Source: Phoronis australis (taxonomy: Eukaryota > Animalia > Phoronida). Taken from it: DNA of 64,000 nucleotides. Each line of letters starts with the position of its first letter. The stretch's first letter is position 1. The notes beneath the pieces were generated by a model. The model had not been told where the DNA came from. It searched no databases and was given only the letters and a program-made list of their open reading frames with translations. The position numbers and the translations under genes were made by a program. Location of the stretch: the NCBI GenBank assembly GCA_002633005.1, contig NMRA01000225.1, positions 303,297 to 367,296 of the forward strand, given 5' to 3'. Below, piece after piece: positions 23,501 through 37,900 of the stretch.

Positions 23501-26500
23501 TGATATCTCGATACTAAAGCTTCAACAAAAATGCGGCCAGCTGTCAAGAGAGAACTCTATTTCAAAACATTGATTTTAACCAAAGGGAGGAATTGACTGC
23601 AGAATATAGCCAAGACAATAATGGGAAATGTCGCCAGAAACCCATATTTTAATTCCCAGTAACATGAAAGTCGCAATATTTTCGATGCTTTAAATCAGCA
23701 CATTCAATATCATCATTTTGCTGCCAATTTGCTTCAAGAAATAATCAAATCACCAGAAAGCAAATTAATGATCAACAATAATTCTGAAGGAATTGGCTTC
23801 ATTGCCTAGTCTCAAATAAATATTAGAAAATCTAATTTAGCCATTTGATTTTCTTCATTAACTAGTAGTGTGGAAAATGTGAATATTAACATCTAGACTA
23901 GCTACTGACCAAACTATATAGGTTGTCTAAAACAAGCTCTAGACTAGTATTATACGACTGTTACAATGAGTTAGTGCCGTTTAGAACTCAGGTGTTGAGC
24001 CTTTTCTACCCTCCACTTTGCAACCATCAGGACTGTGATCATTAGCTATATAATCAAAATCATAATAATACCATCTATAATGGCCAGAACACACCCAGGC
24101 ATCTCTAATAGAAAACTGGCTGTGAATAGGGTCGTCCCAGATTATACAGCGACACTCCAATCTCACTGTACCCAGAATGCTGCAATATCTGTCAGGCACT
24201 AAATGTATTTTGCATCATTGGAGTTCCACATTTTTTTGTTGTCATATTCTTTACACGTTTTCTCGGCTGCATTATTCTAGCCATATATTCCTCCTTCCAG
24301 TGCTAAACGCAGCTTGGCTGAAGGCTGCAGTTCTGACAGAAGAAAGTTGGATAAAAGTGACAAAAAACCCGTGGATGCGTGATGTTAGTTCATTGCCTTC
24401 CTGACATAATCAAAGGCAAGAAAATCCACAGCGAGTGGATCAAGAAAATTTGTCAGGTTAATTCTGAACCAACCAGAATCTCCTTTCCTATATTGACTTT
24501 CATTTTCCAGTAGTGTACACTTTTTAATGGTTGAAATCAGGAATACTGCCACGGCCACATACCTCGACGGTTTCCGGCATGAACTAACATTCCAAAACTA
24601 GGTCAATGAAAACAATGTATTTTCTTACCCCCGGGACAAAGGAGAGTTCTATTGCTATGTAATCTGGGTTGGCCCTATTGATTTCACCAGGTTTACTATG
24701 AGCATTAGTTTAGGAAACCCAGTCCAGAAAGCAGAGGCTCTGTTTTGGAGAGCTCCCACTTTCATCACAGTCATTCCCTCCCAGTGTTTAAAATGAGAGC
24801 ACTTAGAATGGAAGATAGATACCAGCTGAGAGTCGGAAAGAAGGGAAGCATATTTAGAGATGATAGCATTGAGAGTGTCTGTGCACATCTGCCAGCAAGC
24901 TTTACCATTATGTTGAAAGAGTGTGTCTAAAAGAGCACAGGCCTCATCACAGCCTGTAACAGGACAGAAAAGAAGAGATTAGCTATAGACAGCATTTCAT
25001 GCTATGCTTCAACTTGGAACTTTGCTCATCTTGAAAGAAAGAACAATGTTACATTTTTACATAACATTTAGGCAGCAAAAAGTTGAAGACTATAGTGTAG
25101 CATTCACTCAAAATGCATATGAGCTGGGTAATTGTTTTCAGCCTTCAATTTTTTGCTAGAAGACTTCAAGCAATTCCTAAGAGGTTTATTTCTCTACAGT
25201 CGATTTCAGTGACTATCGATGATGCTGCACCAGTGGTATGACTTTGTACTAGTGGTATGATGCTGTACCAGAGGTATGGCTGTGTAGGAATGATATGGTG
25301 CTGTTGGTAAAACTACATATCAATAGCACTATGCTGCACCAGTGGTATGACTACGATATGTACCCGGCAGTGGTATGATGCTGAAGCTGCAGTATCATTG
25401 TGTACTAGTGGTATAATGCTGCATCATATGTGTGACAGTGTGCCTCAGATAGTGGTACGACTATGTGTATGATACTGTACCAGTGGTACGATACAGTACC
25501 AGTGGTACGATACTGTACCAGAGTTACGATATTGTACCAGTAGTAAGACTGAAGTGTCACGGGTGTGATACAGTAACTGTTCTGTTTCAGCATTTTCATG
25601 TTTGAGTTTGAGAAATGGTTTCTTTTTTGCCAAGTACAGATTAAAAACTTCCCAAGAAAACTGTATTTCTTAACTAAACCACCTGTTCACGTTCTTTGAC
25701 ATTTTTTAATTCGAGGATTAGTATATAGGGATACTAGTTATGAAATACATTTTAAGCTATGTAGTGCAATTTTGGAAGTTAAATTCCAACGGGAATAAAC
25801 AACCTTTGCAGTTGAGAATTTGATTGTAGAAACAATCATTGAACTCCCTTCGGTTCCCAGAACAGCTGTGTAAACTTTTGACTGTCTAGCTTATCTTATT
25901 AACAAACCCCTAAAGATTCCACCCAGTTAGACAGAATGTACCAAACCATACTTTCAGTCGGAGCTAGTCCAAATGTTTATTAGGTCAAAAGGAAATCTCA
26001 TATGACTCTACGATATGTTGTTATGTATTTTCAACCTGAGCAAGTGATTTCGGCTGGATAATCCTCAATGCAAGATTGCTATTGAACTGGTGCCTTTTGG
26101 TGTCGTGTAATATTTAAATAAAGCAAAACCTATAACTATGATGGGTTTCAAAACTGGACCAAAAATTTCAAAAACAAAAAACATAAAAATTACAGTGTTC
26201 TGCTGCAACTATCAAAATCTAAAGAAGGCAAATTAAAGAAAACACAATAATTAAAAGACATTTGTCCAGAAAATGAAATTTTGATGCAGTAACATCACAT
26301 TTACTAACACCCCCCCAACAGTATATTTGACGATGCCGCTTTCGCGAGGATTTATGAGCTCACACCTGACTCAGTGACTAATATCTGATGCTTTATTTAC
26401 TCTACAGGGGGCAACGAGGTAAAAAGGCGTTAACTTCGTCTAGAAACAATGATTTGGAAATACGGCTATTATAAGTTTTGAAACATACTATTGTATATTT

Positions 26501-28511
26501 TAACAAGTAAAGAATTTAAATGCAGTGCTCAGTAGAATGAATACCAAAGGGCTGACAAATTTAACAAATTCTAACAATTCAAATTGCGACAGCCATTGAT
26601 AAAGACCTCTTTATTTAATTTATTTGTTACAAAGAGATTTACATCTGAATTGAAAGGGTTTTAATAGTTTCGTGAGCCCTCATAATATTGGTGGTAACTT
26701 CTTGCCACAACAATAAAATTGTTCCACTCTTGCAAAACACATTCAAATTTGAGGACGTCTCCATTTTAGACGGCTCAATTATTGAGCTCAAAAGCCTCAA
26801 CAAAAAAATGAACCTTAGAGTGCAGTTACCTTTAAAGAAACAATTGGTTTCATTAGAAACAGCTTTAAAAGAAAATGGTTTCACTAATACCACACCTTTA
26901 CTGCCTTGAAGCACCACCTGGCACAAAATGTCAACTATCCTGTGCTTGACAATGAACTTGCGACCCGCTTCATTCTCCAACATCACCTGAAGGCTTTCAT
27001 AAACAGTCTGTGCGGATACAGAACCAACATCGCCACCTTGTGGTAACAAACATTCACGAATCTGTGATAACTGTTTTTCCACAGCCTACAATGAAGTTAT
27101 ACATCAACTTAATACAGGCTAAAGGCCTTTGGCACAACCATACACTAATTACCAACAGAAACATGAAGCTTATGTTATGTACTTATTACTTTAATTCAAT
27201 TAAATTTGGCTAATGGGCCATCTCAGATTTGGCCAGTTCTTTGTGTTTATAAGCAAAACCTTGAATTGCTTTGGTACTGTTAGTAACCATTAATCAAATG
27301 TTTAGTAATATTTAATGAAAAGCTTTCACATATAAGCAGTGATGTGACATGTGACTTCCGAGTGTGACATAGAGTTGAGTAAAGTCTCTTCAAATTGCAT
27401 GCCCGATACGCAAATTGGCTTTTTGGTCATTTGGTACATGTGCTTGGCTCACATAGTGGAGATGCCCAGTTTGAATCCCATTATTCTTGGATTTAATAAT
27501 ATTTACCACTGTTGAATTCTTTAAGCCTGTGGACATTGAGCTCCACGAGAGATGAGATAATGTAGAGCCCAATCCATGGGAATTTAGGAGCATGCTGCTG
27601 AAGCTGGTGCTATTTTTCTATTTTCTTAGTTATACTACTGGGTCACATTTTAACTATTTTGATATGGCAACTTTGGGATCTGTCAGTTCAGATTAAATGC
27701 CTAACAATGGGAAGGGAGATCAACTTCGGCTTGATTATAAAATGCAGTGTATGAATCCAGTGACCTTAGCAGCAACCAATCCATGTCACTTCACCTTCAG
27801 CAATGATCCCAATGGATGTTTATAAGCTTAGCTTAGCTATTTTATAATAGGATATAATTTCGGTAAACTTTTCAAGTCATGTTTCAACCCCAAATATGGA
27901 TTAGGATGCAATCTAGCTCTTGGTAATACAAGATGAGTCTCATGTTTTCCATTTTTGGTCAGCTTATGAATTATAATAGATCAGAAACCCAGACTTGTTA
28001 CAGTTACTACCTACTACATAGGCTGGCTATACTGCCAGTACTACTAGAAATCTCAGAACTCATAAAATGCACTGACCATGTGCAGTAGGCTTAATTAATC
28101 AGGCAGTCCAATTCTACAAGAGTGCAACTGGTAAAATTAGACTAAGCATTTGTGAACAGCTGCAATGCACGCTCCTCAGTGTATTTATGTAATGAGCATG
28201 CGTTCACTTTCACTTTTAGTGGCCTTGGTCTGGAATTAATGGAGTTAATCAACGATCATCAATCAAGTCAAATGTGATCGCATTGCCAGTTCAAAATATT
28301 GGGCAAGTACACTGCTTGCCACTAAATAAAAAGAATTGAGTCGAATTTTAGGCATGCATTGCACACTGTTCCGGAGTCGAGTTTTACCGGACAGCATTCA
28401 GAGACGGTCTTGCACAGACAAATCAACACAATGACTTAGACACTGCAATAAGAAAGTACTCACCGCGTTGTCAAGTTCTCCAATGCAGTCTTTTAAAGCC
28501 TGTAAGTCCAT
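14529..28511 (-). CDS. NCDN: neurochondrin (norbin)-like ARM/HEAT protein, divergent, ~770 aa, 15 exons
   Basis: Exons (minus): 28511-28464, 27085-26896, 24953-24823, 22803-22669, 22289-22202, 21764-21571, 21457-21269, 20284-20169, 19678-19453, 19306-19190, 17837-17630, 16839-16663, 16313-16215, 15860-15731, 14793-14529. All are GT-AG and phase-consistent, total 2313 nt, open frame. Segments resemble recalled NCDN: VDILCQVVLQGSKGCDEACALLDTL..ACW ~ VSALCQAYL..GFDQALALLVGL..QCW; VLPFLL ~ LLPFLV; ILANLIV ~ IFLNLVV; YPWLDTVILESGW ~ LPWLAPAALRSRW. Orthologue versus paralogue is unresolved. Confidence 0.78.
15291..15483. repeat. minisatellite, ~38-39-bp unit x ~5
   Basis: Unit ~gtgtgcacatgcactacaccatttacagtttactttt(a). 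Confidence 0.9.
23429..23552. repeat. tandem duplication of a ~62-bp unit
   Basis: ccagtgatatctc.atacta.agcttcaac...aatgcggccag.tgtcaagagag occurs twice. Confidence 0.85.
25221..25545. repeat. degenerate minisatellite, ~19-bp unit
   Basis: Recurrent gatactgtaccagtggtac / gatgctgcaccagtggtat units. Confidence 0.8.
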
Positions 28512-31500
28512 AGTCACCTAATATTCGCAAAAATCAACTCAAATAGCTGAAGCAACGAGCAGACGAACTGTCACTTGGGAGTGTCTTGTTCGTTTGAAAT
28601 GTTTCCCTCAAGAGGGCTCTGTTAGCTACTGAGGCTAACATGCAGAGCCAGAGGCGATTCCTCAGGCACTTTTCTCAGTGCTACCCCATTAACGGAAAGC
28701 GTTCGGCGGTGGCCAGTTTTTCATCGGACCAAAGTGTATGATTACGCCAGACTGTATCAATAGGAAACCGAAATGCAAATTTCTTGGAGTGTCTTTATGA
28801 AACCCTGGTTATCGCTATTTAGCGGTCTCGGCAACTTTTTCCTTCGAACGGTTAATCGGTCACCTCTTTGGTAATACTCAGATTAGAAGAGGTTTTTGGT
28901 CTTGTAAATATTGCTTGGATCACATGGCGTTGAAACATGTTGGTGAAAAGCTCAAATGAAAACGCTGCTCCTCAATCCAATTGGGTCCAGTACGGCGCAA
29001 AGTCAACTAAATGCACACCACTCGGCTAGACAGGTACCGACTGGACTTTCCGTAGATAAGCCCATGAGCGTGTATTCGGAAAAATTCAGGCGTTTCCGAA
29101 CACCAAATAAACGCTCGGGGTTTATTCAGAAAGTCCTGGAAATCACAATGCTGAAACTATACACAGGGATGCATACAATGCTGAAACTTATGGGGACATA
29201 CACATACGACTTTCAATCGCCTGAACTGAGAGGACATTTTGAAAGCCGGTGAAAAAAAAGCCAACGGACAACGTCAGGAAAGATAGGTAAGACAGTGACA
29301 GAACCAATATTACCATCCACATGAGGCCCGGGACATTCATTTTAAGACAACTGTTTGCAAACCATTGCAGTACGAGAGATTTTAGTGATTAAAACTCAAA
29401 TATTTTATTACACTCAAAAGTTATGAGAAAACAAGGACATATTCAACGCTAAGTTTGGTCCATTCTACTGTTCACCATTCCCACGGTTGTCCCCACTACG
29501 ACTCGTATTTTGGCGCGAGTATGCTAGAAAAACACAGCAAAATGGTTGCCACTGAAGTAATTGACCGGTGCGGTTAGAATGTTCAATTTAGTACGGGATA
29601 AAATTTCGCTTCCGTTATACTAGCGAAAACTTTTTGCCGCGAACGTAAACTAACCTATAGCGTCTGACGAACGACAAGGCAAAAGAAATCACCATTGGCT
29701 TTTTGAGTGAATAGACCAACACTGAGGATGCATATCTTAGGGTAGACGCTTGAGGAAATTTACTATACACACGGTTATGAAGCAACATGAACCTGGCTTC
29801 AAATTGTTGGTTCAACTACTGATTCATTGGCAAGCAAAAGAATTTAATAGGATAAACTACACCTTCTGTGAAATTTGCACCAAAATCTCGTTTTACAGCT
29901 ATGCTGCATCTTTAATTTTAAAACAGATCTCTAAGTGAACTGTAGAATGATGAATCAACATAACTGATAATTGAGAAGGGCCCTCACAAGACAGGGATAA
30001 GGGGGTTGAAATGAGGTGAACTTTCACGAAACAGGTGTAAGGGGGCTGAATAAATGAATGATGTGACTGGTGATAAAAATGAAAAAAAATTAGCGAGAGA
30101 TTGTAATGTCTGTATATTAACAGAAATTGATTTAAGGTACACATTAGCTTAAAAACCTTAATTACCAGGGTAACTGTTCTTCAAATATCGTTTTCAATAC
30201 AGAATACTGTCCATGAAATGTTGAAGTTCACAAATCCTAGACTACCACAGATATCTATGCATAAAACTCATGTCAAGACAATTGTAGCCACATACCCTAA
30301 TTTTTTTCCAGAGATAACCATACCTTACAGAGAGAAAAATACTTTGGTGAACTTTTTCTGTGCTACAAAAACTTGTATGGAATCAACTACCAAGGTTTCA
30401 CAGCTGAAGACTTCAGTCACAAAGAAAGGTTTTAACCTTCATTGTCAACACTTTTGACAGTACAGGAACCTTTTGTAGTTTTTACTACATACAAATAGAA
30501 TTTGAACATTCCCAAGTCTAAAAGTTGCAGTAATCACCAAAACACTGCATTTGAGAAGAAAAAATGACATATGACTTCAAAAATCCAACCATTATTCCAT
30601 GACTAAACTACCTTTCGACAAAGAACATAAAAACCAACTTCCACCAGTTGACAGCTAGTCTTCAAAAACACAAATGAAGAACAGGGGGCCTTAGTAACAA
30701 AGCTGTTCAGCTACATTTTCATATTACTTCACAGGACCTGATAAAGATTTTGACACACTTAAAGAGAAATCAAATTCGTCAAATACAAGACAATGAATTC
30801 ACAAAGATACGCACAATACAGTTGGGTGCTCATCTCCATCAAGACGGGACAAGTTCTTGATGATGACCAGGCCGTGTCCTGATTTACTTTTCTTTCTTTA
30901 ATACTGTCTGTTTGATTGTCAATCAATGAGAATATCCAAAAAGTTATTAGCAGCTTCAGAAGTAAAATAATACCAGAAACGATGAGGACATTTTATTCAA
31001 TTTTAAACAAAAAAATGAAACCTTTTAAGTTGCTGGACGCAAGTTTGCAGAATAAGATGTTTAAAATTCAAATAAAACTGTTTTTTTAAATATTACACAT
31101 CAATTACACTGAAACGTATCATAATCTTTGAACCTGATACAAAAAATCTTCAAAGCCATGTGCCCTTGCATTCGACAACAATAATCCTAGGAAAATTGAT
31201 TCAGAACCATTGTCCCACAAAAGTTGTGGCAATTATAAGCTAATGACTTAGTCATGTGTGGAAAAAATCTGTGAAAATTCATAAAATCTTGTCAACTCAG
31301 AACCAGCCCAAAATGGTGAAAAACAAGGATTCTGAAACTAAATGTTTTTGATATTCTCAATGTTTCTGGTCATTTTATTCATCTTAGCAATAATGATGCT
31401 TCCCAAGAGAAGTCAGTTTAAACATTCAAATATCCACCAATCTGGTGATAAGATACCAGAGATGTTTAGAGAATGTTCCCTTAAAATCAAGAACTTTAGC

Positions 31501-31941
31501 ACTTCACTAACACTTTATGGAGGCAATATTGGCGCCATTGGAAAACCCTAAGATGTTGTGGACTTGTAATTGTTCAAAGTAGCGTTTTCACAGATGACAA
31601 GGGAATAAAGTAAGGAAACACGTTGCCAGAGTGGACTGGGAAGTCCAGTCACCAACTGAAATCACATTCTTCACATAATTAGCCCATAACATGGCGAAAA
31701 CGTCAATTTTATCAACAAAAATGGATGTCCACAAAATTTTACATCCAATCCCTACCAAGTTAGTTTATACTATACAGTGGTCATAATAAAACAACACTTA
31801 ATATTTTACTGTTCATAGCACTGAAGTCACCCTATGAAAATATGCTCGTTTTGCCAATATTGTTTTTGTGTGAAATAAATTAACTACAGCAGGGTGAGAT
31901 AGAGTCCAACGGTCTTCACGTGGCAGTAGACTAGTAAGTGA

Positions 31942-34900
31942 CTAGTCTCCCATTTCGACCTCCTCAATAGCCATACTACTACCATCCAAAACCGACTGAC
32001 TTGATGAGTCGACCACAGGGGACGTGTCTACCAGATCTTCTACTTGTAGTGTAGGCACAGACGAAGATAAGTCTAACTTACTAGAGCTCTCGTAGGTAGG
32101 CAACACACCTGGCAAGCCTGAAATTATGGTAACAGTTACACAAAGAAAGACAACAAATATTCCAAATGCACTTGGCTGAGTTTGTACATTAAAGAGTAAT
32201 CGAATCCACACAGACAAACAAAATAGCGTTGCTTTCAGTTGAGACTGGTTCACAATACTTTAAGTTTATAAGTACACAAAACTGGGAAGAATATTTGGGC
32301 AGCAATTTTTCTTTATGACGTGCTATTGAAAAAGATGCTTCATTTACGCTTAATAGTCTCTCCAATAGGTGGCAGTCAGATCTTGCATCAGGTTTTGGTC
32401 AGTTTGTACAATAACTGACCCAAACTCATGGTCGTAAGAACAATAAATGGGTTGCCCATGATGATGTCTTGAGCGAGACGAAGTAACACACACTTCTACA
32501 GGGTGTGTTATGAGGTTATGTGACTTGAATATGGCCACAGTGTTATTGACTTTATTTTGCACTACCATGAGCTTGGAGAGACTATCAGTTAAGGTTGTTG
32601 AGTGTAAATGGAATGTCTTTCTCAACAAAACGAATTTTTAAAATAAGGAATGGGCGGAAAAGTGCATTTCAAGTTTGCCTACCAGGTTGGCACATAATCC
32701 GTAACCTTGACGATAAAATCCGTATTTTACATGTGCATACTTGTATGATTTCCAATATTTTCTGAAAGTTTAAGTTTCAATCAAAAGATGGCGAGATACA
32801 CACAAAAAAATGTTTTAGTTTCAAACCATGCTCAACTAAAAAGCGCACTGACAAACTCAACTCATCACATCGTTGAATACTGGAATCTGCATGGTTGGTT
32901 TCTTTCCACCAAAGGACGAGTCTTCAGCAAATATCGATATCTTGGCGATTTCTGATCCACGCTAATGTTGAAGATACCAGAGTTCTCAGTGTTAAAGTTG
33001 GCTCAACGAAACAGAGATTTCCCCCTTTCTAAATGTCTAATCTTATTCCTGGAAATTCATCCATGTGCAAAGTTCTGCACTGGACATCTTGTCATGACTT
33101 CTTAAGCAGCTGACATCCCTCAATGCTAAGCCACGGAATATGCACGATTTTCATTGGTCAGCCCTTCACAAACTTCAACTGACCAATTACAAAAAGGAAG
33201 CCTGATACGCAAATTACATTATCCACTGGCATTTACGATATGTCCTATCGGTCATTTACCAGCAGAATTTGTTGCTCTGAACTTTGCGATCCCGTAGAAT
33301 AGGGCTAAATCCATCCCCTAACACTTGGCGGCCTCTGCATGTAATTTGTTTATTGCCAAAAGTTTGACCGAAGTATGAGGCTCGTCAGCTCGTATCATTT
33401 GTAGGCAAATGTGGCAGTCAATCCCACAATTTACATCACACAACAAATATGGCCAACATTTCTCTTAGTTGTAAGTTAACTGCTTCGATCAACCGGCCTT
33501 CCAAGCACAACAGCTCACAGTATCGTCTCACGTTTGTTGTTTGGCAATGGTAAGGCTAACTATCGAATTCCTTTAGACGGGTTTTCCCTTCATGTATAAA
33601 ATTTCCCAAACTCGGATCCGAATGACTTGGGACAACACTTCAGAGAAAGAAATCCCGGTTCGTAACAAAATAAGAGAACTCTGAGTTTATCTTGGAAACT
33701 TTATCATACTAATTACTGTATATTTTGTAACAAGAAAACTTAAATCAATGATTTTCCCCTTTGAAACTCGCAAAATTCATGCAGACCTTGTCAAGTGGAC
33801 AATATAAGAAAAGGTGATTTAGGGACCATTCACAATCATCAATATTTTCACAAGTGTACAAAACATACCGTTTAGGAAGGGGGGTCCTGGCTTTCAGCAA
33901 GGCTACGCTGTTGAAGTGACAAAAATTTGTGCCAGCTCAAAACTGTCAGGTGTACTGAGCTGTGGTATGGGCATACTGGCATACACAAAATATACACGAA
34001 ACGATTGATACATATGAGGTGTGTATCGATACATATGGGATGTGTATTGATACATATGGGGTGTGTATTGTGCAAACGACTGTGTATGACAGAAATGTAC
34101 ATGCGTAACTCATAAGGAATTAGGACACATCAAAGCACGGGAGGGCCTTATGAATAAATAAACCTTTTGAACGCTTTTGGGAGGAGGGAAGGTCGGCAGA
34201 ATTGAACGTTTTGTACACCTATGAAAATGGTAATAGTAGTGAACATCCTTACTACCTTCACAGGGAGGGACTGTGTTCAGTAGTTCTTCCACTGCATATC
34301 CTAACATCTGTGAAGTGAATGTGTCGTCTCTCTTCAAGCTGAGGGCCTACAAATAATGCCACAATCTAGCTCAGTCATACCATAATTCAATCTGAACACA
34401 GAAGACATTTTGCCGACATATCCTCTAAAATATGCAGTAATGACACTGGCCAGGCATTGGACAGCCATATCACTGATGGTCGCATTTTGTTCGTCTTTAT
34501 TTGTCATTTATCCGAGGCAGCATGATTGTGGCACCTAAAGCGCCCTTATAGAAAGCAGTGGCTTACACTAATAAGATTGCACTCTTTTTAAATATTGCCA
34601 ATGAAATATATCAATGATAAATCTATATTTTTTGATGTTACCGTAACCAGTAAGCTTGATATGTGCGTGCCAAACTAGATACGAAAGAAAAAGTTTAATG
34701 AAAAATATTGCTCACACTTTGCACTGTTTGGCGAAACTTTTGTCTGTTCACAAAATAGTATAAAACCAACAAAATCCATTTTCTTCTCTTTGAGTGTTAT
34801 TTCCATAAACTGACCTGTGTTAATGGAGTTTAATTACCCAGAGACAAATTCCACAGCTCGCGCATGCACACAACACGTATCCTACAACCGCGAGAAAATC

Positions 34901-37900
34901 GAGTTGTGCAACTTTTAACACTAATTTCAGATGAAATCAAAGGTAACATGACTCATAACAACATCAAACTGGTTCAACATATTATAGAACTTACCTTATG
35001 AAAATAATCTACAGCCTTTTCAAGGTTGCCAATTAAAGAGTGCACATAACCAATGGCTGAAAGCGTTGTAGAGTTTTGAGGAGACAACATCAGTGCCTCC
35101 TGGTGATAACTTAGTGAGTTCTCGTATTGCCTGAAAAACAAAAATGCCAAGCTTGACTGAGATGGTTAGCTATTAGTAGTACTTTATGACAAAAAGTGTT
35201 CTTTTCATGTTGAAAAATAGTTGAATCATCAACCAGTAGTCACAATTTATAAGGCAAAATTTAATTAAATGTAAATCAAAACCAATATTAGCCTGGCTCA
35301 GGCAATTTTTCTTAACACTCTACCTGAACTAATAGTACGACAGTGGTTGCATGTAGTTACCACAGAACAGACACACTCACAAAGTTCACCACCGACAACA
35401 AAATTGATATGCCTCTTCAAAGAGAAAGAAAGCAAGACAAAAAAATTAAATTAGCAGAAACCAACTGCTCGTGTAAATATATGCTCTTACTTAAGTTTCC
35501 TGTAAGTATGGCCAAGATTGTTTAGTAGCGGTTCCCAGCCATCGCCAATCTTGTCACCCAGTTTGGACAAAGCTCCTTTGAAGTAACCTTCAGCAGCAGT
35601 CCAACTGAAACGAACAGCAAATGAAGATAGCATGCTCAATCACCACTGGATTATGCATAAATTTAACTAAGCTAAAGTTTGGGCCCCTACAAGCTAGGAG
35701 TCCCGGTGAGGAGGAGGGGTGCAAAGTACCAGCGCTCCACACTTTTCATAACTTTGAGCCTCAAAAACCTTAATCCAGTTCTGTGTTCCATTTAAACAAG
35801 TTGAAATCTACCCTGAATTCTGAGAAGCACCAAAATGCCCATGAACAACAATTTTAATCTCATCACTCTCTTTGTACGACCATATAAGGATCTACATTTA
35901 AGGACAAGTAACCTATGTGTTTCATTGGCCTAAAAGCCACAATTGCTCATCATCAACAGTGTGAGCCACGACCCACATGATGTATATTTATGTTAACCAC
36001 TCACTCTTTACTCTGAAAGGCCACGACTCCCATCTCATGCAGCACAAATGGGTCTTCTGGGGCGATGGTCAGTGCTTGACCAAAGAAGCGCTCTGCCAGT
36101 TTGGAATTGTTAGTCAGACCATACTCAAGGCCGACATATAGCACTGGTAGATGACACCTGGAGATAAGACACTTGTAATCATACTGAGAATAGGTACACT
36201 GTACATGGTCAAATCATGCTCTAAGTCCCCATGCAGCACTGATGGGCAACACAAGAAACAGACACACTGACACAGGCATAAAGAACTAGCAAAGAGTCAA
36301 AATGGCTTGGAATTCTCTGTTACGAAGGCTAAGCATTGGTGAAATTCTCGTCACGAGAGTCAAATGCAAGCAGAATTCACCATTAGAGTAGCTGGGACGA
36401 GTCATGACGAGTCAATACGCTGGTTTCCCTATGGCAAGACACATGGTCAAATCGTACTATAAATGACAGACGAGGGTCTTTTTCATAAAAGTGACTTAAG
36501 TCAGGAATTTATGCTTCCTATAGCTATTTCTAGAAATAATTAAATATCACTCCAGCGTATGTACTACGTTTCTGAGAATATACCCATGACTGGTAGTTAC
36601 TGAGATAACTTCTATGAATTATTTCTAGGCTGTGATGTCCGAATAATTGCATGGCTAAACCTTCGAATAATTATTTGATCAGACACAGAGGTAGGGACTT
36701 GCTATGAATAATTACATAATCAATCCGCACACAAAGCAATAGGCCCAAAGGCAGCATCAAAGGCGACACCTACAGTCAGACACACTCATTAATATTTAAA
36801 TCACACAAAAATAATTGGAGGCGGCCTGGTACACGTTGCATTAGGCGTGCCAGGCCAGTCAGGTGGGCCCATTGCACTGATCGCCTACAACCATTTTTAT
36901 GCTTTATTAATACATAGTTAAAACCCCGCTGAGAAGCTACAGAACTGACGCAAGGGTCTAGCAGTTTACCTCAGTGGGACTCAAACTCACAACCTTCAGT
37001 AAAGGAAGCCGACACATATCCCACAAGGCCACACTGCCTCCTCTCAAGACATTTACACGCCTGAAAGTGTTTTTTATTAGTTTATTCAGAGCCAATGATC
37101 AGAAAACACACCATGAACTTTTAACGTGTGCCATCCCAACATACAGTGGACATTGGTCAAGTCTACTCACCCCTTCATGAGCTGCGAGGCGGTGAAATAG
37201 GCAGCCATAGCCTGGTCATGCTCGTTCTCCGTAGCGAAGGAATGACCAAAGGCTAACCAGGCAGGACCAAACACCCGATCCAGGGTTGTAGCTTTACTGG
37301 AAACAACAAAAGCATTATTATAGTCACACGGATGAGTGAACTAAATTCTTAATGTAATTAATTATTACGATTGATTTAATTTTATCATTTTAATTTTTTA
37401 TTTGACTGGGTCCAAAACACCAAACATCAAAATGATGTCATACTAAACAAGCATCTACAATTACTATACCCCAGGCACTGTAGAGTTGATTTCTCTTTGA
37501 CGTGGTCACGGTTTTATATTTATACACAAACGTCTCACCTGAGGTATCTCCTGGCTGGTTCGTGTTTCCCAACTAGAAAGTAGTAACAACCGACTGCAAA
37601 CCAGGCAACCTGTGGGACAAGACAGTTTAAAATTAATGGGTCAAAGAAAATCACTTTTAATTGTTAACTATAATTTTCCTTCACCCCAAAATAAGAATCA
37701 AACATCAACACACATACCAGTTTGAAATAGAGCATTATTTTTATCCCATATACGTTGAACCTGTCGAGTGCCATACGACCATGTAATAATATTTTCCATA
37801 TTCACCTCCCGCACTACTTCAACAGTGACCTCTGATATGGAAAGTTCAAAAGCTAGGTCAATGTCGACTCGGCGTCGTAAGCCAGTTCGATCATCAAACT

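Noticed and set aside
23981-24403. Possible extra exon or membrane-protein pseudogene in NCDN-like intron 3 (LEMPGCVLAIIDGIIMILII)
   Set aside because: All frames contain stops at about random frequency, and the flanking exons join in phase without it.
27506-27700. Candidate missing N-terminal exon of the NCDN-like gene (FPWIGLYIISSLVEL)
   Set aside because: Available donors are phase 1 while exon 2 needs phase 0, and the upstream acceptor leads into stops; at most a decayed exon.
11232-28511. Functional pairing of the GPCR with the neighbouring GPCR-adaptor NCDN-like gene
   Set aside because: Convergent adjacency alone is not evidence of functional coupling in an animal genome.
36969-37040. 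tRNA gene
   Set aside because: A/B boxes are present, but the stems are disrupted and no proper cloverleaf forms; treated as a SINE head.
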